A model generated the notes under the pieces. That model searched no databases, was not told the origin of the DNA, and saw only the letters and a list, made by a program, of their open reading frames with translations. Positions 18,528-27,987 of a stretch of 64,000 bases of DNA are shown here, one piece after another. The stretch spans positions 492 through 64,491 of the forward strand of contig DOYU01000021.1 in the NCBI GenBank assembly GCA_003518365.1, written 5' to 3'. The number at the start of each line of letters is the position of its first letter. Position 1 is the first letter of the stretch. Both the position numbers and the translations under genes were made by a program. This DNA comes from Candidatus Magasanikiibacteriota bacterium (GTDB lineage Bacteria; Patescibacteriota; Patescibacteriia; Magasanikbacterales; UBA922).

Positions 18528-19430
18528 TTAAGAAAAATACGGAATCCCCCACCAAAGAGATGGCTCAACATAACGGTGCGGGATTTCAAGTGCGAGTAAC
18601 TTCGTTATATCTTCTTGTGACAATGTGAAAGAAATTGCATCGATATTTTCAGCAATGCGTGACGGCGTGGTACTTTTTGGAATGACCACAACACCTCGGT
18701 CAAGGCCAAAACGAAGGAGCACCTGTGCTGGTGTTTTTCCATACGCTTTAGCAATCGACATAACAATGGGATGATCAATCAGTTTTGGGGTAGGATCTCC
18801 TTCATGCTGTCCGCCAGGACGACCAAGTGGTGAATACGCCGTTATATGAATATTTTTTTCATGACAAAATGCGCGGAGGGATTCTTGTGGCAAGTACGGA
18901 TGCATTTCCACTTGATTCATCGCCGGCACAATTGCCACTCGCTCGAGCAGCGATGTGAGCATGTCTTCTGTAAAATTTGACACACCAATTGCGCGGACTA
19001 ATCCCGTTTCAACCAACATCTCCATTGCTTGCCATGTTTCTTCAAAAGGAATATCAATAATCTCACCTGTATCATTTTGTGCAATTCTCCAATGCATCAG
19101 ATACAAATCTAGATAGTCGAGCTGTAGGTCTTTCAATGTCTTTTCACACGCATGGCGCACACGAGTTGGATCATGTTCGGTATTCCAGAGTTTGCTTGTG
19201 ATGAAGACGTCCTCTCGTTTCACACTGCCACGAGAAAACACACTGCTCAGTGCCTCTCCGATTTCTGCTTCATTTTCATAAATCGCCGCACAATCGATGT
19301 GCGTGTATCCAGCCTCTTCGAGCGCATAGCGCACCGCCTCCCCCACTTTCCCAGCCTCAGCCTTCCACGTCCCCAGCCCAATCTGTGGCATGTTCATCCC
19401 AGTATTCAACTCGATCATCGGAAGAACCAT
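18528..19430 (-). CDS. aldo/keto reductase
   Basis: MIELNTGMNMPQIGLGTWK...DCAAIYENE...LWNTEH... is an AKR fold (2,5-diketo-D-gluconate reductase-like). The start may be the Met at 19418. Confidence 0.8.
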   Translation of the reverse strand: MVLPMIELNTGMNMPQIGLGTWKAEAGKVGEAVRYALEEAGYTHIDCAAIYENEAEIGEALSSVFSRGSVKREDVFITSKLWNTEHDPTRVRHACEKTLKDLQLDYLDLYLMHWRIAQNDTGEIIDIPFEETWQAMEMLVETGLVRAIGVSNFTEDMLTSLLERVAIVPAMNQVEMHPYLPQESLRAFCHEKNIHITAYSPLGRPGGQHEGDPTPKLIDHPIVMSIAKAYGKTPAQVLLRFGLDRGVVVIPKSTTPSRIAENIDAISFTLSQEDITKLLALEIPHRYVEPSLWWGIPYFS

Positions 19431-19455
19431 ATTTGAAATTAGAAATTAGAAATTT

Positions 19456-19488
19456 GTCCCGCAGAGACGGGATCCCGCTTTGCGGGAC
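19456..19488. repeat. Intergenic hairpin motif, copy 2 (GTCCCGCAGAGACGGGATCCCGCTTTGCGGGAC)
   Basis: Contains TCCCGC-TTT-GCGGGA, the reverse complement of the 17524 motif. Followed on the minus strand by a T-rich tract, so it is a likely terminator of the glycosyltransferase gene. Confidence 0.45.
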
Positions 19489-20856
19489 TTACATTAAATG
19501 CATATCTTCTATCTCACTCCTCTTTCCCTTCAGCACAATCTCTTCTATATGATACGCACCATTTCTCGGCGCATTGAGAAAGCCACTCATGGCAGCCTCA
19601 GCCAGCCAGCCGGATTCGAGCCAGTCAAAGAGCCATTCGTGTGTAAACGCCGGATCTTCTTGTTCAAATCCTGCATTCACGGCATGAAGCCAGGCCTTAT
19701 TGTATTCTTCTTGCGACCCAATTGTTGGTGCGATAATGATCGGAATACCAAGGCCGGCGTAAAATGACAATTCACTCGGCTTTGTCCAAAGAATATCTGT
19801 GGTGCGGAGTACTTCGTTAAATTGTGAAAAATAATCCAGCTTATGTTTTGCAAACATAATATTCACCGTACCACCAAGATGTTTTTCGAGATGAAGTTCT
19901 TTTACTTTTTCATCATAAAATCGATACACATCATTGCGTGAACCAGCGACAAGATTGAGACGAACAGTTCCTTTTTCTATATGTACACGCAAACTTTCGA
20001 GAATCGTGACTCCCACATCTCGCTGAGCACCAGCACCACCGACAGCGAAGGTAATGGTCAATGGATGTTTTGCATTCAAATTGCAATACTGCTTGCCGAG
20101 GTAGGTATGCAACGTGCTTTCGTATTTTTTTTGATATTTTCCATGCGGATCGAGATTGCCAATACGACACCCAAGATCTTCTTTGAGTGTTTTGATAGTC
20201 TTCCCCCCAATATTTTCTTTTGGTAATGGAAATCCTGTCACAAAAATATTTTTTTCTTTCACCCCATACAGCATGAGACGCTGTTTTACTCGCTTTGTAG
20301 GTGCAAAGTACTGAATTCTACTTTTTTCAGGATGAAGCGGAGCCCAGGCACGACTAATATCCGTATCTGTACACAAGCAAAAAATGTCCCCTTTGTATCC
20401 ATGCTCTTCGGCAAAAAATGCCGTGATGAAAAAGGACGTGACAAATGGTTTTGGATCTTCATTGAGCACCTCTATAAGATGTTTCCCCCACCCTTTTGAA
20501 ATCATCTTATAAATTTGTTTGAGCTGAAGTGATGGCGCTGACAAATCTCTCTTTGGATAAAATGGTTTGATCCGCTGGACATAGTCCATGATATCAAAAA
20601 TCGGCTGGCCAATGAGCGGAATCTTTTTCATACGAGAAATAGTCTCGTACACTTTTTGATTATTTTCCCACGTTCGTTTGTCTTTTTTGGGAATACCGCC
20701 GTAATTGTTTGCCGTGATGATCCCAGCTTGTTGCCACCCTACCGGGCAGGCAGCCATATCTTTCAATGGATATACCGCCCGCTGATGTCCGTATCCCATG
20801 TCTACTGTGACAATATAGGCCTCTTTGTTTGATTGTGGTGTTTTTTTCGTTGCCAT
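19489..20856 (-). CDS. GT-B fold glycosyltransferase (MGDG-synthase/UgtP/MurG-like)
   Basis: N-terminal VDMGYGHQRA resembles the G-x-GH-x-x-A motif of MGDG synthase/GT28. Size about 455 aa. ORF track start at 20946 trimmed to MATKKTPQS at 20856. Confidence 0.45.
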   Translation of the reverse strand: MATKKTPQSNKEAYIVTVDMGYGHQRAVYPLKDMAACPVGWQQAGIITANNYGGIPKKDKRTWENNQKVYETISRMKKIPLIGQPIFDIMDYVQRIKPFYPKRDLSAPSLQLKQIYKMISKGWGKHLIEVLNEDPKPFVTSFFITAFFAEEHGYKGDIFCLCTDTDISRAWAPLHPEKSRIQYFAPTKRVKQRLMLYGVKEKNIFVTGFPLPKENIGGKTIKTLKEDLGCRIGNLDPHGKYQKKYESTLHTYLGKQYCNLNAKHPLTITFAVGGAGAQRDVGVTILESLRVHIEKGTVRLNLVAGSRNDVYRFYDEKVKELHLEKHLGGTVNIMFAKHKLDYFSQFNEVLRTTDILWTKPSELSFYAGLGIPIIIAPTIGSQEEYNKAWLHAVNAGFEQEDPAFTHEWLFDWLESGWLAEAAMSGFLNAPRNGAYHIEEIVLKGKRSEIEDMHLM

Positions 20857-20956
20857 AGCGAGTATGAATAGTATATCACAAAAATTATTCTGCTCACATG
20901 GCGAGTCTTGATTTTTTCGTGTATATTGAGTATTATAGCGAAGCAAAAAAAGATGG

Positions 20957-21013
20957 GCTTGTCCTGCCTTTCGCGAAAGGCGGAGCGCGTCCCTCCCTTC
21001 ACGAAGGGAGGGA
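20957..21013. repeat. Direct repeat A1 with palindrome (GCTTGTCCTGCCTTTCGCGAAAGGCGG) plus hairpin TCCCTCCCTT-CACG-AAGGGAGGGA
   Basis: The core CCTTTCGCGAAAGG is a perfect palindrome. A near-identical copy lies at 21323-21353 on the other side of the GIY-YIG ORF. Confidence 0.6.
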
Positions 21014-21047
21014 TATATCGTATAGTGTGTATCAAACAGGAGGGGCT

Positions 21048-21296
21048 ATGTTCTATACCTACCTATTGCAAAGTACAAAGGACAACAATTTTTATATTGG
21101 ATCAACGACGGATTTAAAAAGAAGATTCACCGAACATAACGATGGGAAAGTTTCTTCAACAAAATTTCGTCGTCCAATGAAATTGGTATATTACGAAGCC
21201 TATCCAGAAGAACATCTGGCACGAGTACGCGAACAAAAATTAAAAGATTTTGGTTCAGCATACACAGCACTATTAAAAAGATTAGGGTATAAATAA
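21048..21296 (+). CDS. GIY-YIG nuclease-domain protein (UPF0213-like, 82 aa)
   Basis: MFYTYLLQSTKDNNFYIGSTTDLKRRFTEHNDGK...TKFRRPMKLVYYEAY. SD AGGAGG upstream. ORF track start at 20898 trimmed. Confidence 0.8.
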   Translation: MFYTYLLQSTKDNNFYIGSTTDLKRRFTEHNDGKVSSTKFRRPMKLVYYEAYPEEHLARVREQKLKDFGSAYTALLKRLGYK

Positions 21297-21322
21297 TATA
21301 GATATATAGTACGTTGTATAGT

Positions 21323-21353
21323 GGCTTGTCCCTGCCTTTCGCGAAAGGCGGGA
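21323..21353. repeat. Direct repeat A2 (GGCTTGTCCCTGCCTTTCGCGAAAGGCGGGA)
   Basis: Second copy of the palindrome-containing repeat; together the two copies bracket the GIY-YIG gene. Confidence 0.6.
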
Positions 21354-21410
21354 TAAATACTGTGGTCTTCAAAAGAAGATGAGGCAAACAAAAAAATGCA
21401 TATACATACA

Positions 21411-21482
21411 TGGGCGCATCGTATAGTGGTAGTACATTGGTCTCCAAAACCAATTGCGTGGGTTCGATTCCTACTGCGCCTG
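21411..21482 (+). tRNA. trnW: tRNA-Trp (anticodon CCA)
   Basis: Manual cloverleaf: acceptor GGGCGCA/TGCGCCT, anticodon stem TTGGT/ACCAA, loop CTCCAAA, T-loop TTCGATT. No encoded 3' CCA. Confidence 0.8.
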
Positions 21483-21538
21483 CACTGGAAAACATACCAA
21501 AAATAAGGTATGTTTTTATAGATAATAGAATAAACGAT

Positions 21539-21973
21539 ATGAAAAAAATAACCATCTCCCCCATGCCGACAATAGATTTTCTCTACATATTTTTTGCAGG
21601 TCTTTTGGGGGCAATCAGCTTCGGCATTGTATTTGGACTCATTGGTCTCTTGTTTGCAGATTATCTCGGCTTTCCACTCGCGGTAGGATCTGAAGAATTT
21701 ATGATGGGAGCTAGCATGATCTTCTACAGTACGCTTGCAATACCAGTCGGCGCATATATTGGATGCCTCAAAACTGCAAAATATTTATCATATACAACAA
21801 AAGACCTATACTCTTATTTTACAGGGTTTGTCCTTATTGCGATTGGATTATTTTTGAAAGATTATGTAAGTGTCTATTCATTGCTAGCATTCGGTGCAGT
21901 CAGTGCATTGGTCTTTGCAATGGTAATGGGGGTCTCTGCAAGCAAATCACAAAAGTCTGACATGACAAAATAG
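21539..21973 (+). CDS. hypothetical 4-TM membrane protein (144 aa)
   Basis: MKKITISPMPTIDFLYIFFAGLLGAISFGIVFGLIGLLFADYLG... hydrophobic. The ORF track start at 21410 overlaps the tRNA and was trimmed. Confidence 0.45.
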   Translation: MKKITISPMPTIDFLYIFFAGLLGAISFGIVFGLIGLLFADYLGFPLAVGSEEFMMGASMIFYSTLAIPVGAYIGCLKTAKYLSYTTKDLYSYFTGFVLIAIGLFLKDYVSVYSLLAFGAVSALVFAMVMGVSASKSQKSDMTK

Positions 21974-22176
21974 GTCAAATCGATTTAATCGTTATTCATA
22001 TCCAGCCCCAAGCTGAATTTTGAAGTATCGTTCCAAGTGCGTCTCACAACGCATGCTAACAAGATAAGACTTACCCTAGTCTTATTTTTTTTACCAAAAA
22101 TTGGATAATGTTTCTATAATAATATACTATATATGATAATCAAGAATATATTATTCAAGATTAATAGATATAGATT

Positions 22177-22827
22177 ATGTATAGAAAAGGAGAAGTCATA
22201 GGTGTCGGGAATGACAAACGCATATATGCTGACGCAATAACTCCTGAGACAAGAGTTATTGCTGAATTTCGCAAGGAACAAACACCTGAAGAAATAAAGA
22301 GTGTGTACTATCTTGGGAACATAGCTCATATATTATTCCCTCAAAATGTACCCAAAGTATATGAAGCAGGGATGCATCCACAAGAACATACGAAAGTAGA
22401 AAGAAAAAAGGTGGATGTCAATCATAAAAATACGGCTGATCTCATGGTGACATACGAAGATTATTTCATGGGAGATGGTGAAACGGGACCTTCTTCAGAA
22501 GAAGATAGTGAGATGGATGTAGATATAGAAAAAAAAGAAACCGATCCAAGAGTAAAACAACTTTTAACAAAAGCGTCTTCTGTCGGATTATATTTTGATA
22601 CAGGCGGACAAAATTTTTCTTTTGACGATTTGGGTACTGTCCAATATCTTGAAGTGAATCCAGCATTTCATATAGAAAAAAACCACGTCCGTTTGCACTT
22701 CAACGAAAGCAAATTAAGAGATGCCATACAAGCATTAGAAAATGAAAAAGAGAAAAAAAAGGCTACACTATATTTCGAACGATTGATGTCTTTGATCCAA
22801 GTAGCACAAAATAATCTTATACAATAG
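22177..22827 (+). CDS. hypothetical protein (216 aa), no recognisable family
   Basis: Complete ORF followed by the terminator at 22917-22946. Acidic middle segment (SSEEDSEMDVDIEKKETD). Confidence 0.4.
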   Translation: MYRKGEVIGVGNDKRIYADAITPETRVIAEFRKEQTPEEIKSVYYLGNIAHILFPQNVPKVYEAGMHPQEHTKVERKKVDVNHKNTADLMVTYEDYFMGDGETGPSSEEDSEMDVDIEKKETDPRVKQLLTKASSVGLYFDTGGQNFSFDDLGTVQYLEVNPAFHIEKNHVRLHFNESKLRDAIQALENEKEKKKATLYFERLMSLIQVAQNNLIQ

Positions 22828-22916
22828 TTCCAACTTCCTCCTTCCTCTACGATCCCCTGCACCTCCTGCAGTAGCTCCTGCCGGCAGGCAGGTTAGCGAA
22901 GGCACGGCACTTGAAA

Positions 22917-22946
22917 AACAGAGTGAAAAACACTCTGTTTTTCTTT
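22917..22946 (+). terminator. Rho-independent terminator
   Basis: AACAGAGTG-AAAAA-CACTCTGTT perfect 9-bp stem followed by TTTTCTTTTT. Confidence 0.7.
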
Positions 22947-22975
22947 TTGACATGAAGGGAAGAACGGAGTATTGT
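22947..22975 (+). promoter_or_regulatory. promoter candidate for the defence operon (TTGACA-17-TATTGT)
   Basis: -35 at 22947-22952, -10 at 22970-22975, directly after the terminator and 28 nt before the XRE gene ATG. Confidence 0.4.
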
Positions 22976-23002
22976 ACAAGTAAACATATACATTATATTG
23001 GT

Positions 23003-23212
23003 ATGGCTCATCAAAAAAATACAATCGGAAAAAACATCAAACGATTACGGCAAGAACAAAAAATTTCCCAAGATCGTCTTTCAAAACTTGCGGATCTTTC
23101 TTTGAATACTATTGTTACCGTTGAAAGTGGCGCAAACGAAAATCCTACTATTGATACGCTCACAAGGATTGCGAAAGCGTTTCAAGTTGGCGTGGATGAC
23201 CTCATAACATAA
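23003..23212 (+). CDS. XRE-family helix-turn-helix transcriptional regulator (69 aa)
   Basis: MAHQKNTIGKNIKRLRQEQKISQDRLSKLADLSLNTIVTVESGANENPTIDTLTRIAKAF is a classic HTH_3. ORF track start at 22952 trimmed. Its size and position resemble R-M controller (C) proteins. Confidence 0.8.
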   Translation: MAHQKNTIGKNIKRLRQEQKISQDRLSKLADLSLNTIVTVESGANENPTIDTLTRIAKAFQVGVDDLIT

Positions 23213-23220
23213 CACCCACT

Positions 23221-24198
23221 ATGTCTAAACAAACACCTACCAATAATCTCGCTATCTACCAAGCTAAAAACGGCGCGATTGAATTTCGCGGTGATTTTGA
23301 GCAAGAGACGGTTTGGGGAAATTTAAATCAAATTGCCGATCTTTTTGGTCGCGACAAGTCCGTTGTTTCCCGCCATATAAAAAACATCTATAAAACAGGC
23401 GAATTAAACGAAACGGCAACTGTTGCAAAAATTGCAACAGTTCAAAAGGAAGGAAGGAGAGAAGTGATGCGTGAAATTGAGTACTTCAACCTTGATGTTA
23501 TTTTGTCCGTTGGGTACAGAGTAGATTCCAAGCAAGCCACGCAATTCCGCAAATGGTCAACGCAAGCGCTCAAGGCACACCTTGTAGACGGGTATACCAT
23601 CAACAAAAAACGCATCGGTAATAACTACGAACACTTTTTGCGTGCAGTGGCAGAAACAAAAGCACTCCTCCCTGTGGGCAACAAGGTTTCTACCGAGGAT
23701 ATACTTGAACTCGTGAACGCATTTGCTGCTACGTGGTTTTCGCTCGATGCATATGACAAAGACGCATTTCCTCAAAAAACAGCCTCAAAAAAGTCAGTTT
23801 CAGTTGACACTGTAAAGCTACTCAATGCGATTGGTGAGTTGAAGCAAGAACTGATAACCAAAAAGCAAGCAACAAACCTATTTGCACAAGAAAGGAAGAC
23901 GGGAACAGTAGAAGGAATCGTCGGAAATGTATTTCAGTCTGCCTTTGGCAAAGATGTATATCCAAGTATAGAAGAAAAGGCCGCACACATCCTCTACTTC
24001 ATGGTAAAAAATCATCCATTCACCGATGGCAACAAGCGCAGCGGAGCCTTTGCATTTGTTTGGTTTCTACGAAAAGCTGGTTTACTCCGACCAAGTCTTA
24101 CTCCAGAAGCGTTGACTGCCATTACCCTCCTCATTGCAGAGAGTAATCCAAAAGATAAAGACAAAATGGTGGGACTAGTGGTGATGTTAATCAAATAA
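23221..24198 (+). CDS. RhuM-family / Fic-DOC-like protein
   Basis: N-terminal NLAIYQAKNGAIEFRGDFEQETVW...KIATVQKEGRREVMREIEYFNLDVILSVGYRV is the RhuM signature. C-terminal HPFTDGNKRSGAF matches the Fic/Doc motif HxFx(D/E)GNxR. Confidence 0.7.
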   Translation: MSKQTPTNNLAIYQAKNGAIEFRGDFEQETVWGNLNQIADLFGRDKSVVSRHIKNIYKTGELNETATVAKIATVQKEGRREVMREIEYFNLDVILSVGYRVDSKQATQFRKWSTQALKAHLVDGYTINKKRIGNNYEHFLRAVAETKALLPVGNKVSTEDILELVNAFAATWFSLDAYDKDAFPQKTASKKSVSVDTVKLLNAIGELKQELITKKQATNLFAQERKTGTVEGIVGNVFQSAFGKDVYPSIEEKAAHILYFMVKNHPFTDGNKRSGAFAFVWFLRKAGLLRPSLTPEALTAITLLIAESNPKDKDKMVGLVVMLIK

Positions 24199-24200
24199 CT

Positions 24201-25322
24201 ATGGCAAATAAAAACCTTACAAAAGCAAAAAAGGCAAAAAATGATGAATTTTATACTCAATTTTCAGATATTCAAAAAGAAGTTGAGTCTTATCTTGAGT
24301 ATAACCCAGATACTTTTAAAGATAAGATAATTTACAGTAATTGTGACGACCCGTTCGAAAGTAATTTCTTTCGCTATTTTGTATTAAATTTTGATCGTTT
24401 AGGACTAAAGAGACTTATTTCAACGAGCTACAAACCCTCACCTGTTGCCAATACGCAACTGGGATTATTTGGCGATGACAAAACACTTGAAAAAGTAAAA
24501 GGCCGTCCAAAAGTAACCGCTAACAAATTCATCATCAACGAAGTTGGCGATATCGACGGCGACGGCTCTTTTACGCTAGAAGATATTGCCCAACAGCTTC
24601 GAGCGAATAAAAATAACGAATGGACTCCGCTTGAGGGCGATGGTGATTTTAGAAGTGCCGAATGTGTCGAGTTGCTCAAACAATCTGACATCGTAGTTAC
24701 TAATCCTCCATTTAGTTTATTCCGTGAATATATTACGCAACTTTTCGAACACAAAAAGCAATTTCTAATTATTGGTAGCATGAACTCAATTACTTACAAA
24801 GAAATCTTTGTGTTGATTAAAAATAATAAATTGTGGTTAGGTAATGGGTTTAATGCTGGCAATGCATATTTTTCAACTCCCAATGCGCGAAAAGATTTTG
24901 CTTCTGGTGTGTATGATGAAAAAACTGGTCTTGTAAAATTTCGGAATTGTCATTGGTTTACTAATTTAGATCATGGTCGTCGTCATCAGCCTCTTAATCT
25001 GATGACAACAAATGAAAACCTAAGATTTAATAAAAAAATGCAAGGCAAAACTACTTATGATCGTTATGACAATTATGACGCTATTGATGTACCATTTACA
25101 AAAGCTATCCCTTCTGACTACGAAGGAGTAATGGGTGTTCCTATAAGCTTTCTCGATAAGTACAATCCTAATCAGTTTGAGATATTGGGCTCTGACACAG
25201 ACATAAAAGAAGGTAAACTTCCACTTTTAATAATAAGTAAATGGAATGGAAAGCTAGACAGAGGTTATATACATGGAAAGAGAATCTTCAGTAGAATGTT
25301 TATTAAGCACAAAAAGAAATAA
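24201..25322 (+). CDS. N6-adenine DNA methyltransferase, M.EcoRI-like family
   Basis: Collinear with my recollection of M.EcoRI: [17 protein letters not shown]..., [48 protein letters not shown] (NPPF catalytic motif IV), [39 protein letters not shown]. Low GC. Confidence 0.8.
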   Translation: MANKNLTKAKKAKNDEFYTQFSDIQKEVESYLEYNPDTFKDKIIYSNCDDPFESNFFRYFVLNFDRLGLKRLISTSYKPSPVANTQLGLFGDDKTLEKVKGRPKVTANKFIINEVGDIDGDGSFTLEDIAQQLRANKNNEWTPLEGDGDFRSAECVELLKQSDIVVTNPPFSLFREYITQLFEHKKQFLIIGSMNSITYKEIFVLIKNNKLWLGNGFNAGNAYFSTPNARKDFASGVYDEKTGLVKFRNCHWFTNLDHGRRHQPLNLMTTNENLRFNKKMQGKTTYDRYDNYDAIDVPFTKAIPSDYEGVMGVPISFLDKYNPNQFEILGSDTDIKEGKLPLLIISKWNGKLDRGYIHGKRIFSRMFIKHKKK

Positions 25323-25323
25323 T

Positions 25324-26487
25324 ATGAAAACAACCTTAAAAAATGATATCACCGTTAAAGAAGTTTGCGACGGCTTTGAATACAACGAATTTGAAGGAAA
25401 AGGTTTGTTTGGTCTCTCTGGCAAACTAACTATTCAGCCAGAGTATCAGCGTAATTATATTTATGCTGACGGCAAACGTGACGTTGCTGTAATTGACTCA
25501 ATTTTAAAGGGTTATCCTATCGGTTTGATCTATTTCAATCAGGCTGGTAAAGACGAGTTTGAAGTATTAGATGGTCAACAGCGCATCACGAGTATAGGTC
25601 GTTTTGTTACTGGCAAATTTGCTGTTAAAGATAAAAACGGTCACGAGCAATACTACAGCGGTATGTCTGAGAGTCAGCGTGAGCAAATTATGAAGACTAA
25701 GTTGTTGGTGTATGTGTGCGAAGGTGACGAGCCTGAGATCAAAGATTGGTTCAAGACTATTAACATTGCTGGAGTGCCATTAACTGAACAAGAGATTCTT
25801 AACGCGGTATATTCTGGGCCATTCGTTACTCGAGCTCGTGAAGAGTTTAGTAATAGTCAAAATACCAACATCCAGAAATGGAGTGCGTACATCGCAGGTG
25901 ATATCAAGCGTCAGGCATACTTGGAACGAGCTCTAGATTGGGTTTCTGATGGATCAATCGATAGTTATATGAGCAAACACCGCAATGACAAAAATATTAC
26001 TGAACTAAAAAAACATTTTGATACTATCATTGACTGGGTCTCAACTATCTTTACTGACGTTGAGAGCGATATGAAAGGCCTTGAGTGGAACAGGATTTAT
26101 GAGACATATCACAAGAAGAAATACAATCCGACTACCATCTCTGCTTCTGTTCAGAAGCTCTATGCTGATGGTTTCGTAAAAAGTCGCAAAGGCATTTTTG
26201 AATATGTTTTAGGCGGAGAAGTTGAAACTAAACTACTTGAAATACGAGTATTTGAGGACTCAACAAAACGTTCAGTTTACGAAGCTCAAACTGCTATTGC
26301 AAAGAAAAAAGGTGTTTCAAACTGTCCACATTGTGCTATTGGGCATGATGCCAATAAAGAAAAAATTTGGACTTTAAGCGATATGGATGCTGATCATGTG
26401 GCTGCTTGGAGTAAAGGTGGAAAAACGGAAGCAAAAAACTGTGAGATGTTGTGTAAAACGCATAATCGTGCCAAAGGTAATCGGTAA
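25324..26487 (+). CDS. DUF262 (ParB-like) plus C-terminal HNH nuclease, GmrSD-like
   Basis: [13 protein letters not shown] (DGQQR motif of DUF262). C-terminal CPHCAIGHD...[32 protein letters not shown] is an HNH motif. Its ATG lies 1 nt after the methyltransferase stop. Confidence 0.75.
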   Translation: MKTTLKNDITVKEVCDGFEYNEFEGKGLFGLSGKLTIQPEYQRNYIYADGKRDVAVIDSILKGYPIGLIYFNQAGKDEFEVLDGQQRITSIGRFVTGKFAVKDKNGHEQYYSGMSESQREQIMKTKLLVYVCEGDEPEIKDWFKTINIAGVPLTEQEILNAVYSGPFVTRAREEFSNSQNTNIQKWSAYIAGDIKRQAYLERALDWVSDGSIDSYMSKHRNDKNITELKKHFDTIIDWVSTIFTDVESDMKGLEWNRIYETYHKKKYNPTTISASVQKLYADGFVKSRKGIFEYVLGGEVETKLLEIRVFEDSTKRSVYEAQTAIAKKKGVSNCPHCAIGHDANKEKIWTLSDMDADHVAAWSKGGKTEAKNCEMLCKTHNRAKGNR

Positions 26488-26493
26488 AATATT

Positions 26494-27987
26494 ATGCACC
26501 TCACAAAAACCGACTATCTCGAATATACCTTTTGCAAAAAGAACCTTTGGCTCAAAAAACATAAGCCAGAGCTTTTTGAAGATGTAGAATTGTCGGAATT
26601 TGAAAAAAAAATTATTGAGGAAGGGAATTTGGCTGATGAGGCTGCAAGAAATTTATTTCCTGATGGAGAATTGATCGGTATCGTCGGAGTAAATGCTATA
26701 CCTGTTACAAAAAAGATACTGGAGAAAAACCCACCAGTATTATTTCAAGGTGCATTTTCATTCAATGACTTTTTTGTTCAAGCGGATATTTTACGTTACA
26801 ACGACATTTTAAAGGGTTGGGAACTTTACGAAGTAAAAGCAACAAATGATGTAAAACGAGAAATCCCTCATCACCATATCAACGACCTTGCGTTTCAAAA
26901 AATTGTAATTGAACAAAATGGGATACACATTATAAAAGCAGGCGTTATTCACCTTAACGGCGAATATAGACAACGAGGCAAAGTAAACTATAACGAACTG
27001 TTCATCATTGCCGAGCTTACTGATGAAGTACTAGAAGCGGAAGAACTTGTACGTGGGCAGATGCGTGATATTCACACATATATGGACATGGCAGAAGAAA
27101 AAAATTGTGAATGTTTGTATCGAGGTAGAAATGCACAATGTACAACGTTCGCTTACTCTAATCCTGAAGTGCCTGAATACTCTGTTCACGATATCAATAG
27201 AATTGGCGGAAGCAAAAAACTGTTTTTTGACTGGATAGATAGAGGGATCTACCGGCTCGAAGATATAGATAACCCAGAAAATCTTACAGGATCAAAAAAG
27301 GCACAATATACTGCGTACATAACAGGTAAGCCTCTCATAGACAAAGAAGCAATACAAAAAGAACTTGGTGAATTGGTTTTTCCTCTCCAATTTTTTGATT
27401 ACGAAGGATATTCTAGTGCTATCCCCAGCTTTAACGGCTTCGGTGCGTATGAACAAGTGCCTTTTCAATATTCACTACATACGCTCCATGAAGACGGAAC
27501 GCTTGAACACCGAGAATATCTCATCACAGAGCCAGAGAATGATTTGACTTTGCCATTGGTAGAAAGAATGAAAGAAGACTTTGATGATGTTGGTACTGTC
27601 ATATCTTGGTACAAATCATACGAATCACAACGAAACGACAAACTAGCAGAACTTCATCCAAATCATGCAGACTTTCTTATTGGCCTCAATGACAGAATGT
27701 TTGACCTCATGACAATGTTTTCCAAAAATTATTATGTGGATGCACGGTTCAAAGGGAGTGCAAGCATAAAAAATGTTCTGCCGGTCATTGTACCGGAATT
27801 AACGTACAAAGTACTTGGTATTCAAAAAGGAGATCAAGCAGTAGAACGTTGGGAAAAAATGATATTTGCAGATATTCATCCAGATGAAAAGAAAGAAATA
27901 AAAAAAGATTTGCTTGAGTATTGCAAATTGGATACTTTGGCGATGGTGAGGATTTGGGAGTTTCTAATGAAAATAAAAAATGTATGA
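26494..27987 (+). CDS. DUF2779-family protein (PD-(D/E)xK RecB/Cas4-like N-terminal nuclease-like domain)
   Basis: N-terminal LTKTDYLEYTFCKKNLWLKKHKPEL and central FDYEGYSSAIPSFNGFGAYEQVPFQYSLH match DUF2779 hallmarks from memory. D...QADIL...YEVKAT is a D/ExK-like motif. Its stop overlaps the SIR2 start (ATGA). Confidence 0.6.
   Translation: MHLTKTDYLEYTFCKKNLWLKKHKPELFEDVELSEFEKKIIEEGNLADEAARNLFPDGELIGIVGVNAIPVTKKILEKNPPVLFQGAFSFNDFFVQADILRYNDILKGWELYEVKATNDVKREIPHHHINDLAFQKIVIEQNGIHIIKAGVIHLNGEYRQRGKVNYNELFIIAELTDEVLEAEELVRGQMRDIHTYMDMAEEKNCECLYRGRNAQCTTFAYSNPEVPEYSVHDINRIGGSKKLFFDWIDRGIYRLEDIDNPENLTGSKKAQYTAYITGKPLIDKEAIQKELGELVFPLQFFDYEGYSSAIPSFNGFGAYEQVPFQYSLHTLHEDGTLEHREYLITEPENDLTLPLVERMKEDFDDVGTVISWYKSYESQRNDKLAELHPNHADFLIGLNDRMFDLMTMFSKNYYVDARFKGSASIKNVLPVIVPELTYKVLGIQKGDQAVERWEKMIFADIHPDEKKEIKKDLLEYCKLDTLAMVRIWEFLMKIKNV

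Noticed and set aside
21410-21538. 5' extension of ORF 21410..21973 (MGASYSGSTLVSKTNCVGSIPTAPALEN...)
   Set aside because: It is the translation of tRNA-Trp itself (GSIPTAP corresponds to the T-arm). The ORF was trimmed to the Met at 21539.
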